Virus record (IMG/VR): IMGVR_UViG_3300030451_004121
Location: 1 to 64,000 of that record
Strand: one strand, 5' to 3'
DNA: 64,000 nucleotides
Source of the DNA: an uncultured virus (IMG/VR IMGVR_UViG_3300030451_004121)
Taxonomy: Duplodnaviria; Heunggongvirae; Uroviricota; Caudoviricetes; Crassvirales
The position numbers and the translations under genes are program-made. Shown here in pieces: positions 1 to 8,103 of this stretch. Position 1 is the stretch's first letter. Each line of letters starts with the position of its first letter. The notes beneath the pieces are model-generated. The model was not told the origin of the DNA, ran no database searches, and was given only the letters and a program-made list of their open reading frames with translations.

Positions 1-1
1 C

Positions 2-424
2 TATACGTAACTTTTCTTCTTTGCTTATACTAGTGTTAGGTTTAAATATAACTTTACGTAATTTATTTCTAGGTGGCTCATCTAAATCTAACATGCTAAC
101 TTCATATACTATTTTACGTAGTAGCTCGTCGTGTATAGCAAATGAAACAAAGCCATTTAGTTTGTTTGTAATAACTTCTGCTAAAGACATAAACTTATCT
201 TGGTCTAGCTGTGGATTTAAATACCATAATACTAGTAAGTGCCATTTTAAAGACTTGTACGTTGTTATCTTTGCGGAAGACCTAAACAACTCATAACACT
301 CGTAAGTACCATCTAAATAAAACATATATACTTCGTTGTCGATGTCTGGTATATCTTTTATTGGATGTCTACGGTATACAATACGATTGTTATTTAAGTA
401 TGTTAATTTTCTTTCGTGTGACAT
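2..424 (-). CDS. Conserved phage protein, C-terminus outside window (MSHERKLTYLNNNRIVYRRHP...); possible DNA-binding/replication protein
   Basis: Hand-translated open frame from ATG at 424 to the window edge; not in the ORF track; same orientation as neighbours; start codon lies inside an inverted-repeat site. Confidence 0.75.
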   Translation of the reverse strand, partial: MSHERKLTYLNNNRIVYRRHPIKDIPDIDNEVYMFYLDGTYECYELFRSSAKITTYKSLKWHLLVLWYLNPQLDQDKFMSLAEVITNKLNGFVSFAIHDELLRKIVYEVSMLDLDEPPRNKLRKVIFKPNTSISKEEKLRI

Positions 425-462
425 TAGCCTATTACTCTATTTATTTAGGGGCTGTTGTCACA
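417..462. promoter_or_regulatory. Inverted-repeat operator-like site 1 (TGTGACA-N3-GCC ... GGC-N3-TGTCACA)
   Basis: Half-sites TGTGACATTAGCC and (revcomp) TGTGACAACAGCC with 32-bp spacer between heptamers; same architecture at 8290-8336. Confidence 0.7.
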
Positions 463-566
463 GTCCCCTGTGGTTTTAATTTTGCAATAATAATTCTTGT
501 TTCATTATCATTACCAAATTTAATTTCATTAAATTGTTTTATTCTTTCAATAAGGTCTTTGTTCAT
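441..566 (-). CDS. Small hypothetical protein, 41 aa (MNKDLIERIKQF...)
   Basis: Hand-translated; fills the gap between two minus-strand genes. Confidence 0.5.
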   Translation of the reverse strand: MNKDLIERIKQFNEIKFGNDNETRIIIAKLKPQGTVTTAPK

Positions 567-1020
567 ATATCTTTTCTGTTTTAGGGTTTGCAATTGTATG
601 TTTCTCACCTATGTAATAATTCCAATAAGCTTGGATACTACACGGGTCTTTGTATTCATCAGGCATACACTGTGGAGGTTGTTTAAACTCTACATGAGGT
701 ATATTAATAGGCGCTAGTCTCAATGGTTCTTTACATTTAGTTATTGACAAATGCTCTTTACCATATCTTTTAGTATATTCGTCACCTAAAGCCAACATGT
801 GGTCGTACAACCAATGATAATGATGGTTGTCACTTCTAGTCCATATTGTTGATGGGTGATTTACATGAGCTGGTTTGTATGGTACGTCAGGGTCATCTAG
901 TAATTCATGATGAGCTGTGCATAACATTTGAGCTGACTCAAGTATCATCTTGACTACATGTTTATTATATTGTAATCTAGCCGCTTTATCAGGGCATTTA
1001 TCTAAGTAAAATATATTCAT
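547..1020 (-). CDS. Pyrimidine-dimer DNA glycosylase (DenV/Pyr_excise-like) family protein
   Basis: MNIFYLD...KHVVKMILESAQML and HVNHPSTIW motifs typical of this phage family. Confidence 0.7.
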   Translation of the reverse strand: MNIFYLDKCPDKAARLQYNKHVVKMILESAQMLCTAHHELLDDPDVPYKPAHVNHPSTIWTRSDNHHYHWLYDHMLALGDEYTKRYGKEHLSITKCKEPLRLAPINIPHVEFKQPPQCMPDEYKDPCSIQAYWNYYIGEKHTIANPKTEKIYEQRPY

Positions 1021-1892
1021 TATTCGTAATTTCTAATACATTTAAACAATGGGTGTCTGTAACTACCTGCTTTAGTTCTTTCAAAGTATGTAAACGTAGC
1101 TCTTTCACCAATATAATCGTGTATATTATCGAGTATATCTTTGAGTTGAGCGTATGTATAACCTTTGCCAGGTGGACAACCAAACTCTACACCATTGTCA
1201 TCTTGCATGATAAACTTACCGAGTGTACCTTCACGTTTGCCTTTACCATCAACATAACCTACAATTAAAGCTTCGTCATCGTGAAAGTCTTTAAACTTAC
1301 GTAGACTATGAGAACGTTTACACTGGTATACATCGTTAGTACGTAATATAGAGCCTTCAAAACCTGCGTCTAAGTTAGCTTGATGATACTCTTTAGCGTG
1401 TGATTCTGTAGACACAGATATAGTTGGAACATGTTTGATACATCTACCAGATTCAACTTGTGTGCTGATAAAACTGTTACGTACTTCAAATGAAGTATCT
1501 TCATCAACAATATCATAACAATAAAACTGTACATTTTCGGCTGATTTAAGTATATCCTCGTTGGTTGGTTTTGTTTTTCTGACCATAGATATGATAGACT
1601 CAAAATCGTCTTTAAAATCATGATTATACAACTCACCATCAAGTATTATGTTAGGGTATTTGTCAAAGAAAGGTACTAGACTTACTAGTATATGGTTAAT
1701 ATTTTTCCACTCTTTACCGGTACGTGAATACGCTGTAACTTTTAGATGACCTAACTGGCTTTTGTCACCTCTTTTTTCAGCTTGTATTAAACATCTAACA
1801 CCATCTAATTTTGGTTGCATAAATACTGGTTTACTGTAATCAACTGGTTTATTGTTAACAGGGTATGCTAACATTGGTTTTTTTCTCATCAT
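1020..1892 (-). CDS. ATP-dependent DNA ligase
   Basis: Motif I QPKLDGVR, motif III LDGELY, motif IV FEGSILR, motif V LRKFK, C-terminal OB fold ending YRHPLF. Confidence 0.95.
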   Translation of the reverse strand: MMRKKPMLAYPVNNKPVDYSKPVFMQPKLDGVRCLIQAEKRGDKSQLGHLKVTAYSRTGKEWKNINHILVSLVPFFDKYPNIILDGELYNHDFKDDFESIISMVRKTKPTNEDILKSAENVQFYCYDIVDEDTSFEVRNSFISTQVESGRCIKHVPTISVSTESHAKEYHQANLDAGFEGSILRTNDVYQCKRSHSLRKFKDFHDDEALIVGYVDGKGKREGTLGKFIMQDDNGVEFGCPPGKGYTYAQLKDILDNIHDYIGERATFTYFERTKAGSYRHPLFKCIRNYE

Positions 1893-2173
1893 AAGTTATT
1901 TATCTTTTTTCTTAATTCATCAATTTTCTTTTTTATCTCAGCACATTTTTCATATTCTTCTTTTTCTTGATGAAGATTTAACTGTGTCATTAGGCTAGCT
2001 AACTCACCTAATAATTGTTCTTCGGTGTTTGTTTTTGGTTTAGCACTTTGGTTCATAAACATATCAAATGTATTAGTACTGTACCATTGTGCTTGTTCTT
2101 TAATATAAGTTGTTAACAATTTGTCAACAATTAGATCTGCTAATTTGTTCATTTCTTTATCTGTCATATTCAA
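1889..2173 (-). CDS. Hypothetical protein with C-terminal UvrB/C-type (UVR) coiled-coil motif
   Basis: EEYEKCAEIKKKI matches the UVR motif pattern. Confidence 0.6.
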   Translation of the reverse strand: MNMTDKEMNKLADLIVDKLLTTYIKEQAQWYSTNTFDMFMNQSAKPKTNTEEQLLGELASLMTQLNLHQEKEEYEKCAEIKKKIDELRKKINNL

Positions 2174-2582
2174 ATTTTTCTATTAATTTATCTGGTTTGC
2201 CTACAAATATACAATTATCATTGTAATCGAATATACTTATCCATACACCATGACCGTCTTTACACCATATAAAGTATTCATACTCTTCCCAGTCCATATT
2301 TCTTGGTTTTTGTAAGTATATTTGACCTGGTTCATCTTTTAAGTATTTAACTGTTTGAGCCGCTAAACAACCCATACCATTAGCCACTTTTTCTTCATCA
2401 CCACTTAACCCGTTAACTACTACAAAATCTTGTAGATAGCTAGCTAGTGTCACGCCTAAACCCGATGGATAACCATCATAGTGATTATATATTTGTACGT
2501 GTATTTTATCTACACTTGGATGTGCGCTGAAAGTTACTCCATCTTCTCTTTCAACAAAGTTAATTAATGCTCTTGTTGCCAT
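2157..2582 (-). CDS. Conserved phage hypothetical protein (YNHYDGYP motif)
   Basis: ORF track; tight packing with neighbours. Confidence 0.8.
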   Translation of the reverse strand: MATRALINFVEREDGVTFSAHPSVDKIHVQIYNHYDGYPSGLGVTLASYLQDFVVVNGLSGDEEKVANGMGCLAAQTVKYLKDEPGQIYLQKPRNMDWEEYEYFIWCKDGHGVWISIFDYNDNCIFVGKPDKLIEKFEYDR

Positions 2583-2846
2583 TTAAATTCTTTCGTTTTC
2601 ATATTCATAATAATTCTCTTTAATTCTTTCGATAATAAACCTTCCGTTTGCTGTGTGAAACCCATAACTATGTGTCATTAGGCTATTAATTGGCTCGTTT
2701 GCTAGTAATAATCTCATTAAATCATAACTATCACACTTTAATTCTTCAGCCACATCATTTATAGCGTACGATAAAGCTCTACAATCGTGTCTTGGTTCAC
2801 ATTCAAGATCTTCTCTTATATATTTTTCTACTTGTTCTTCTGTCAT
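2583..2846 (-). CDS. Hypothetical protein
   Basis: ORF track; abuts neighbours. Confidence 0.75.
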   Translation of the reverse strand: MTEEQVEKYIREDLECEPRHDCRALSYAINDVAEELKCDSYDLMRLLLANEPINSLMTHSYGFHTANGRFIIERIKENYYEYENERI

Positions 2847-3292
2847 TATTTTATGTATTTATAGATATACTCTAATGTAGATAACCAATCTCGACATCTT
2901 TGGTTGTGTCCAAACCATATCCATGTACCTTGAAAATCAGGTTGGCCTCGCCATCTACTATCGTCGATTAGTACATCGCCTATTAATAAGTCTTTTCTAT
3001 GTGTTAATATTAATTTTCTTTTAAGATATGGGAAGTGTTGTTCAATCCACCTTCTCTTCGCTGCCCACATATCAGGTCTAGACCAAGGTGGTGTTGACGC
3101 TATATATATCTCGAAATCATTATCTAATCTCATAAGAGCGTCCTTTGCACCTGGCATAGCCTGTAAATTACCGTAATCTACGTGGAGGTCGGGTCTGTGT
3201 ATAGCACAACCTTGCTCTTCTTCTAGTAGTTTATGTTCTCTACTAAAATCAGCAATCACACCATCCATATCTATATACATTATTTTCTTCAT
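2846..3292 (-). CDS. 5'(3')-deoxyribonucleotidase (NT5C-type HAD phosphatase)
   Basis: IDMDGVIADF motif I, IASTP motif II, KDLLIGDVLIDD motifs III/IV. Confidence 0.9.
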   Translation of the reverse strand: MKKIMYIDMDGVIADFSREHKLLEEEQGCAIHRPDLHVDYGNLQAMPGAKDALMRLDNDFEIYIASTPPWSRPDMWAAKRRWIEQHFPYLKRKLILTHRKDLLIGDVLIDDSRWRGQPDFQGTWIWFGHNQRCRDWLSTLEYIYKYIK

Positions 3293-3294
3293 AT

Positions 3295-3549
3295 CTAATC
3301 TAATAATACCATGTAAGCTGTTGGATTGTGTACTCTAAACCATTGTAATCCTTTTCTATGCATACTTAATAACTTGTCGTTATATTTACCCATTTCAATT
3401 ACCATAGTAACACCCATCACAAAGTCATACATAGATAGTTCTATATTATTTAACTCAATCTCTTCTCCGGTAAATCTGTTTGCTACAGTTTCACCGTCTT
3501 CATAAACAGTTCCGTTAAACCATTTAGGTAATGTTTGTTCTTTTGTCAT
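3295..3549 (-). CDS. Hypothetical protein (C-terminal AYMVLLD)
   Basis: ORF track; packing. Confidence 0.75.
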   Translation of the reverse strand: MTKEQTLPKWFNGTVYEDGETVANRFTGEEIELNNIELSMYDFVMGVTMVIEMGKYNDKLLSMHRKGLQWFRVHNPTAYMVLLD

Positions 3550-3550
3550 A

Positions 3551-3925
3551 TTATATTACTTTTTGCACTTCAGTTACTGTATTCTCTTCTGTATCCTTTG
3601 GTAATACATTAAACCTTTTGTCTATCTTAGCCATTATAGAGTTTGTTATTTCGTAAGTAGAATTCATACTAATACTATCGATATATACTCTACCATCATA
3701 CTCCATACCGAAATCATATTCATAAGCATCTGGATTATCAAAGTCCAAACCGTCGACAGCATCTTCAATTACACTAGCTAGTTCATCATACAATTCACTT
3801 GTAAGTTTAGGTTTGTTTACATTATCTAATTGTCTTTGTTTTTCGTTTAAGTCAGTTTGTAATGACTGTATTTTCTCTTGTAAGCCTTTTACTGTAGCTT
3901 CTAACAGTTCTTTTGTTTCACTCAT
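3551..3925 (-). CDS. Hypothetical protein with N-terminal coiled coil
   Basis: Heptad pattern LEATVKGLQEKIQSLQTDL. Confidence 0.75.
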   Translation of the reverse strand: MSETKELLEATVKGLQEKIQSLQTDLNEKQRQLDNVNKPKLTSELYDELASVIEDAVDGLDFDNPDAYEYDFGMEYDGRVYIDSISMNSTYEITNSIMAKIDKRFNVLPKDTEENTVTEVQKVI

Positions 3926-3926
3926 G

Positions 3927-4184
3927 TTATTTAATTATTAATTTATATTCTCCTGATTTATATTCTTCTCTAGTTCTAAGATATTTCATTGGAAACTCTT
4001 GATAGGTTTTAAATGAACTAAATCCATTTGGACCTTCACTTAGTATTTCTATTGTACCATACCCTGCCCAATGAGGACCTTTGTTCATTATTACTATTAT
4101 TTCTTTTCTTTCTTTAACGTTAGAGTAATCTAAGTTAAACCATAAATGTTTTAGTTCGTGTCTACTTAGTTTTCTTTTTTTCAT
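3927..4184 (-). CDS. Hypothetical protein
   Basis: ORF track; packing. Confidence 0.7.
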   Translation of the reverse strand: MKKRKLSRHELKHLWFNLDYSNVKERKEIIVIMNKGPHWAGYGTIEILSEGPNGFSSFKTYQEFPMKYLRTREEYKSGEYKLIIK

Positions 4185-4296
4185 ACTCTTCTATATTTTT
4201 ATTAAATATATTTCTTCTTATACTACATTTTATCTGTGAGGTAATATACATACCTACTACAATACCTACACCTATCGCTATTATTAATTCTATCAT
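4162..4296 (-). CDS. Small single-pass membrane protein, 44 aa (MIELIIAIGVGIVVGMYITSQ...)
   Basis: Hand-translated; ATGA overlap with the upstream gene's stop; N-terminal hydrophobic helix with GxxxG. Confidence 0.65.
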   Translation of the reverse strand: MIELIIAIGVGIVVGMYITSQIKCSIRRNIFNKNIEEYEKKKTK

Positions 4297-4517
4297 TTCT
4301 TTAATTCGTTTAGTAAATAATTAGTTATATTATATATTGCTAAATCATATATTCTTATTTGAAATAGATCATCTAGTTGAGACACACAGCCATCATATTC
4401 TTCTATAGTAGGAAAATACTGTCGAGCTTCTTCGTCATTTCTAAGATACTCTTCTAAATATTCTTTTGATGTTTTATTGTGTTCTTCTAATAATTTTGTT
4501 AATATTTCTTTGTTCAT
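4293..4517 (-). CDS. Hypothetical protein
   Basis: ORF track; ATGA overlap. Confidence 0.7.
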   Translation of the reverse strand: MNKEILTKLLEEHNKTSKEYLEEYLRNDEEARQYFPTIEEYDGCVSQLDDLFQIRIYDLAIYNITNYLLNELKK

Positions 4518-5041
4518 GTTATATTATATCTATGTCCGTTAATAATTACTTTTACTTCTGGTTCGTTGGATTGAATTTCTTCTAGTATGTTATTAACTCT
4601 ATTAAGCTCTTCTTCAACCATCTCATGTTTCCATTTAGGTATAAACTTACCATCTTCTATCATATTAGCTTGTTTTATGTAATAATTTTTGAGACAATAG
4701 TCTATTAAATACTCTATTCTATCTCCTTCGTATGGTATGAGTACACAACCTCTACAAGTCATCTTATTATACTTACCATTCCACTTCTGTACATACTCAC
4801 CATCAACCCATTTACCATCATAAGATTTGTAGTAATGGTCGTAGTAATTTCTTTTGTTTAGTTGATAAGGTGTGTACCCACCATTCATACGTCTTACATA
4901 ACCTGACTTGAAACTACCGACTTTAATATATTCACCGTACATTTTTATTGGTAATTTAAATATTCTTGTACCATTTTTCTTTTGTCTACTTGTCGTAACT
5001 TCTTGTATATCAAGTAGTTGTAATGTTTTTTCTATACTCAT
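4514..5041 (-). CDS. Hypothetical protein
   Basis: ORF track; packing. Confidence 0.75.
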   Translation of the reverse strand: MSIEKTLQLLDIQEVTTSRQKKNGTRIFKLPIKMYGEYIKVGSFKSGYVRRMNGGYTPYQLNKRNYYDHYYKSYDGKWVDGEYVQKWNGKYNKMTCRGCVLIPYEGDRIEYLIDYCLKNYYIKQANMIEDGKFIPKWKHEMVEEELNRVNNILEEIQSNEPEVKVIINGHRYNIT

Positions 5042-5042
5042 A

Positions 5043-5264
5043 TTATTTATTTCTAAATTGATTACTATGACTTAGTGCTTTCTTAGTCGTTAGTTCATCT
5101 ATTTTTTCTTGTACTTGTTTTATCATTTCCAACCAGTATTGTCTAGTTATAATAGGTCTTCTACCTATTAACTCTGCTTCGTCCTGACTCTTGTGCATTT
5201 CCATTGTAAAGTTATCTACCATTTCATCTAGTATAACTCTGTCTTGTATATTAAACTTTTTCAT
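5043..5264 (-). CDS. Hypothetical protein
   Basis: ORF track; packing. Confidence 0.7.
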   Translation of the reverse strand: MKKFNIQDRVILDEMVDNFTMEMHKSQDEAELIGRRPIITRQYWLEMIKQVQEKIDELTTKKALSHSNQFRNK

Positions 5265-5574
5265 CTATCACTTGTTTTATAGTTTTACCATCTTCATTTA
5301 CATAATTTTCAAAAGCGTGATTAAGCGCGTCTTGACTATCTTGATCTAACTCTGTACCGTCTTCAAGTGTCCAGTTAGGAGACTTATTATCTACAAACAC
5401 CGTGTCTTCATTAACCTCTTGAATATCAATTAGTTGTGTCATGTAGTCGTCTTGTGTAAGTAATTCAACTTGAAAAGTTTGTATTGCTTTTTTCTCACTT
5501 TTACCGTATATTACTTGTATACACCTCATGTCTATAGAGTCTTTGTACTCTATTTTAAATCTTTTCTGTTTCAT
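5251..5574 (-). CDS. Hypothetical protein
   Basis: ORF track; packing. Confidence 0.7.
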   Translation of the reverse strand: MKQKRFKIEYKDSIDMRCIQVIYGKSEKKAIQTFQVELLTQDDYMTQLIDIQEVNEDTVFVDNKSPNWTLEDGTELDQDSQDALNHAFENYVNEDGKTIKQVIDEKV

Positions 5575-5575
5575 A

Positions 5576-5815
5576 TTATTTATTTTCTATTAAAAATCTA
5601 TCACCGAACATATCTTCCCAATCCATATCTGTTAAAGATATACTAGTCCATGAGAACAAATCTCTTACCGTTTCAACAGTTAATTCACCCCAAAACTTAT
5701 TATTTTGTAATTGTTTCTTGATATTTTGTGGTCCGTGTTTGTATAAGCCTGAGTCTATATACTCTTCTATCACCGTTTTATACTCTGGTTTGAGTCTGTT
5801 CCATAGTGTGTTCAT
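5576..5815 (-). CDS. Hypothetical protein
   Basis: ORF track; directly downstream of promoter-like motif. Confidence 0.75.
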   Translation of the reverse strand: MNTLWNRLKPEYKTVIEEYIDSGLYKHGPQNIKKQLQNNKFWGELTVETVRDLFSWTSISLTDMDWEDMFGDRFLIENK

Positions 5816-5835
5816 ATTATTATATTTTATTTGTT

Positions 5836-5869
5836 TATATTATCTTTCTATCTCCGTATTATGTTTGTA
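5836..5869 (-). promoter_or_regulatory. Early promoter-like motif TACAAA-N3-AATACG-N10-GATAATATA (copy 1)
   Basis: One of five intergenic copies with identical spacing, each upstream of a minus-strand gene. Confidence 0.85.
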
Positions 5870-5870
5870 T

Positions 5871-6119
5871 TTAACATAACATTGTACCATAACCTCTACG
5901 TTGAGTCATTTTAGCTATTTTAGCAGCATCACTTTTAGACATTATTTGTATACTATTACCTGTTTTGTGATTTATAAGTGGTGCACAACCATATTGTTCT
6001 ACACTACTACAGTTTACACACACTTTATAACCTAAATCTAACCTACCTTGAGGTATAATCTCACCACATTTACACACTTGTTTAGTGTAAAACTCGTACT
6101 CTTGTTCGTTTTTATACAT
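5871..6119 (-). CDS. C4 zinc-finger protein, DksA/TraR-like finger
   Basis: CKCGEIIPQGRL...VCVNC resembles the CGExIPxxRL...CxxC TraR/DksA finger. Confidence 0.6.
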   Translation of the reverse strand: MYKNEQEYEFYTKQVCKCGEIIPQGRLDLGYKVCVNCSSVEQYGCAPLINHKTGNSIQIMSKSDAAKIAKMTQRRGYGTMLC

Positions 6120-6129
6120 ATATTTTTAT

Positions 6130-6163
6130 TATATTATCTGACTTTATTCGTATTTGTTTTGTA
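6130..6163 (-). promoter_or_regulatory. Early promoter-like motif (copy 2)
   Basis: TACAAA-ACA-AATACG-N10-GATAATATA on the minus strand. Confidence 0.85.
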
Positions 6164-6165
6164 AT

Positions 6166-6420
6166 TTAGTCAAGACTTGGTTCTCTACCTTTACTCACAT
6201 CATTATCTACACACCATTTAATAGCTTTTTCCATTGGAGTTATTTCACGTTTCACTTCATTCGACCATATTTCTTCTGCTCTTCTTTCTGTTTCTTTACG
6301 AAATGAATCACTTAATACATTAGAATAACCTAAATAATATTCTTGACCGAAACTGTCTATTACTTTAACACTATAATGTGTATTACCTTGATATTTATCT
6401 ATTATTATTTTTCTTGACAT
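6166..6420 (-). CDS. Hypothetical protein
   Basis: ORF track. Confidence 0.7.
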   Translation of the reverse strand: MSRKIIIDKYQGNTHYSVKVIDSFGQEYYLGYSNVLSDSFRKETERRAEEIWSNEVKREITPMEKAIKWCVDNDVSKGREPSLD

Positions 6421-6423
6421 ACT

Positions 6424-6693
6424 TTATTTTTTTCTATGATTATGACATTTACCACTTATATCAGCTGTTTTATTTTTACATGGAAGGTTCTTTTTAGTTT
6501 TTCCACTACATATTACAGTCGGATACACTTCTTTTTTCTTGTGATTTGGGTCGTGGTGATGACATAGTTTACTACTAGATTTAGTTATTTGCTTACATTG
6601 TACATTCTTTTTAGTCTTACCTTCACACTGTACTTGTGAAAATCCTACTAAAGAAATACACATCATTCCTATTGTTATACTTTTTCTTATCAT
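6424..6693 (-). CDS. Signal-peptide protein with two CCCH (DUF5763-like) repeats
   Basis: N-terminal hydrophobic signal; CEGKTKKNVQC...CHHH and CSGKTKKNLPC...CHNH. Confidence 0.7.
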   Translation of the reverse strand: MIRKSITIGMMCISLVGFSQVQCEGKTKKNVQCKQITKSSSKLCHHHDPNHKKKEVYPTVICSGKTKKNLPCKNKTADISGKCHNHRKK

Positions 6694-6881
6694 TTTTTAT
6701 AAAATTCATTTATTAGTGAGTCAGATTTATACTGATAATCTATCCATAGTTTGTCTAACTCGTAGTTAATTCTTACTTGTTTCTGTGTTAATTTTTTAGT
6801 TCCACAACTACATAATAGTAATGTGATTACAATTGTTCCATACACTATAAAGAATATGTTTTTACTTTTTCTTTCACTCAT
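6690..6881 (-). CDS. Putative lipoprotein
   Basis: Basic N-terminus, hydrophobic stretch, LLCSC-GTKK lipobox-like sequence. Confidence 0.6.
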   Translation of the reverse strand: MSERKSKNIFFIVYGTIVITLLLCSCGTKKLTQKQVRINYELDKLWIDYQYKSDSLINEFYKK

Positions 6882-7039
6882 AATTTATATATATTTATAC
6901 TTGTTATTAATTGATATGATAGTGGAGTCTCTAAATTCATTAACCATTCTAACTCTTTAGTAATTTTAGTTAGGTCATTGAAAGTATGATACATCACTTC
7001 AAACTCATGGTCTAGTTTAATTTCCATTTCGTACTTCAT
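6878..7039 (-). CDS. Small hypothetical protein, 53 aa (MKYEMEIKLDHEF...), directly downstream of the hammerhead cleavage site
   Basis: Hand-translated; stop overlaps the next ATG (ATGA). Confidence 0.65.
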   Translation of the reverse strand: MKYEMEIKLDHEFEVMYHTFNDLTKITKELEWLMNLETPLSYQLITSINIYKL

Positions 7040-7052
7040 AATTTATATTTTT

Positions 7053-7104
7053 GTTATAGACTACCTGTCGGTAGTTTCGTCTAATAAAGACTCGTCAGTA
7101 TAAC
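7053..7104 (-). ncRNA. Type I hammerhead ribozyme
   Basis: Minus-strand RNA GUUAUA-CUGACGA-GUCU(UUAUU)AGAC-GAA-ACUACC(GACA)GGUAGU-C-UAUAAC: all core nucleotides, three perfectly paired stems, GUC cleavage triplet; intergenic and in the transcribed orientation. Confidence 0.92.
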
Positions 7105-7350
7105 TTATATCATTTCTAATATTTCCTTACCTCTTAATATCATTGGTATGTTATTAGTTGCAGTATATGACTTGTATTTTTCCCAACACGGTAATTTACT
7201 TAAAGTATCTTTCATAATATCGTACACTATATCGTGATTGTAAGTTATTTCATCACCTTTTTTCGTCGTGAAAGTTATAATTTGATTTTTACCGATTAAA
7301 GATTTTCTTACTACAAATCTTTTTGACTTCATTACATTTTTTTCGCTCAT
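7105..7350 (-). CDS. Hypothetical early protein, paralog of 7840..8064
   Basis: KRFVVRKSLIGKNQIITFTTKKG...YNHD...KYKSYT shared with the paralog. Confidence 0.85.
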   Translation of the reverse strand: MSEKNVMKSKRFVVRKSLIGKNQIITFTTKKGDEITYNHDIVYDIMKDTLSKLPCWEKYKSYTATNNIPMILRGKEILEMI

Positions 7351-7403
7351 AATTTTTAATTTTTAAAGTTTATATTTATATTTATTTCGTTTCATTATTC
7401 GTT

Positions 7404-7437
7404 TATATTATCCAAATACGTTCGTATTTTATTTGTA
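7404..7437 (-). promoter_or_regulatory. Early promoter-like motif (copy 3)
   Basis: TACAAA-TAA-AATACG-N10-GATAATATA. Confidence 0.85.
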
Positions 7438-7683
7438 TTACCTTTTTAATTTATAGTCTAAATCTCGATTATAAGTAAGTTTTGACTTAAAATTATTATA
7501 ATTAAAGTATGGATTATTTTCGTAGTGCTCGTCAAGACTTATATAAGTATAACCTTTTAAATTGAAGTATTCTGTATAATACTTATTAAACCATTTTGGT
7601 AATTGGTGTAATTGGTAAGGAATATAAGTTTTATTATTTAATTTAATAATTGAGAGTTGATTAGTTTTAATTTTAGTAGGCAT
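7438..7683 (-). CDS. Hypothetical early protein
   Basis: ORF track; lies between two promoter-like motifs. Confidence 0.7.
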   Translation of the reverse strand: MPTKIKTNQLSIIKLNNKTYIPYQLHQLPKWFNKYYTEYFNLKGYTYISLDEHYENNPYFNYNNFKSKLTYNRDLDYKLKR

Positions 7684-7717
7684 AGTATATTTATTTTTAT
7701 TATTAATTAGTTTCGAT

Positions 7718-7751
7718 TATATTATCGAAATTAGTTCGTATTTAGTTTGTA
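7718..7751 (-). promoter_or_regulatory. Early promoter-like motif (copy 4)
   Basis: TACAAA-CTA-AATACG-N10-GATAATATA. Confidence 0.85.
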
Positions 7752-7778
7752 TAAAAGTATGTTATTTGTTTAATAGAT

Positions 7779-7809
7779 AAAAAGAGTTAGTAGACATACC
7801 ACTTACTCT
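7779..7809 (-). terminator. Possible intrinsic terminator after 7840..8064
   Basis: Minus-strand hairpin AGAGU-A-AGUGG/CUACU-A-ACUCU followed by a U run. Confidence 0.45.
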
Positions 7810-7839
7810 CTCTATCTTCAATTCAGATTTACTTTTATA

Positions 7840-8064
7840 TTATCTACAGAATGTTGGAATGTTATTAGTATTCGTGTAAGACTTATACTTCTTGAAACAG
7901 TTCATATTGTCGAATCTTTCTTTATTACGAGTGTATACTTCGTCGTGATTGTATGTTATAGTCTTACCTTTCTTAGTAGTGAATGTTATGATAGTGTTAG
8001 TACCAATTAAAGACTTTCTGATTACGAATCTTTTAGTTGTTAGTTTGTTAGTTGTGTTTGACAT
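7840..8064 (-). CDS. Hypothetical early protein, paralog of 7105..7350; first gene of the leftward block
   Basis: KRFVIRKSLIGTNTIITFTTKKG...YNHD...KYKSYT. Confidence 0.85.
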   Translation of the reverse strand: MSNTTNKLTTKRFVIRKSLIGTNTIITFTTKKGKTITYNHDEVYTRNKERFDNMNCFKKYKSYTNTNNIPTFCR

Positions 8065-8103
8065 AGTAGTAAGTTATTTAGTTAATATTAGATTGATTAC
8101 ATA

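Noticed and set aside
21..1642. Plus-strand and alternate-frame ORFs 21..296, 361..717, 998..1183, 1053..1268, 1370..1642
   Set aside because: Shadow frames of well-supported minus-strand genes
7836..7844. Sixth early promoter copy (TATATTATC)
   Set aside because: Only the downstream element is present; CGTATT and TTTGTA are missing at the required spacing
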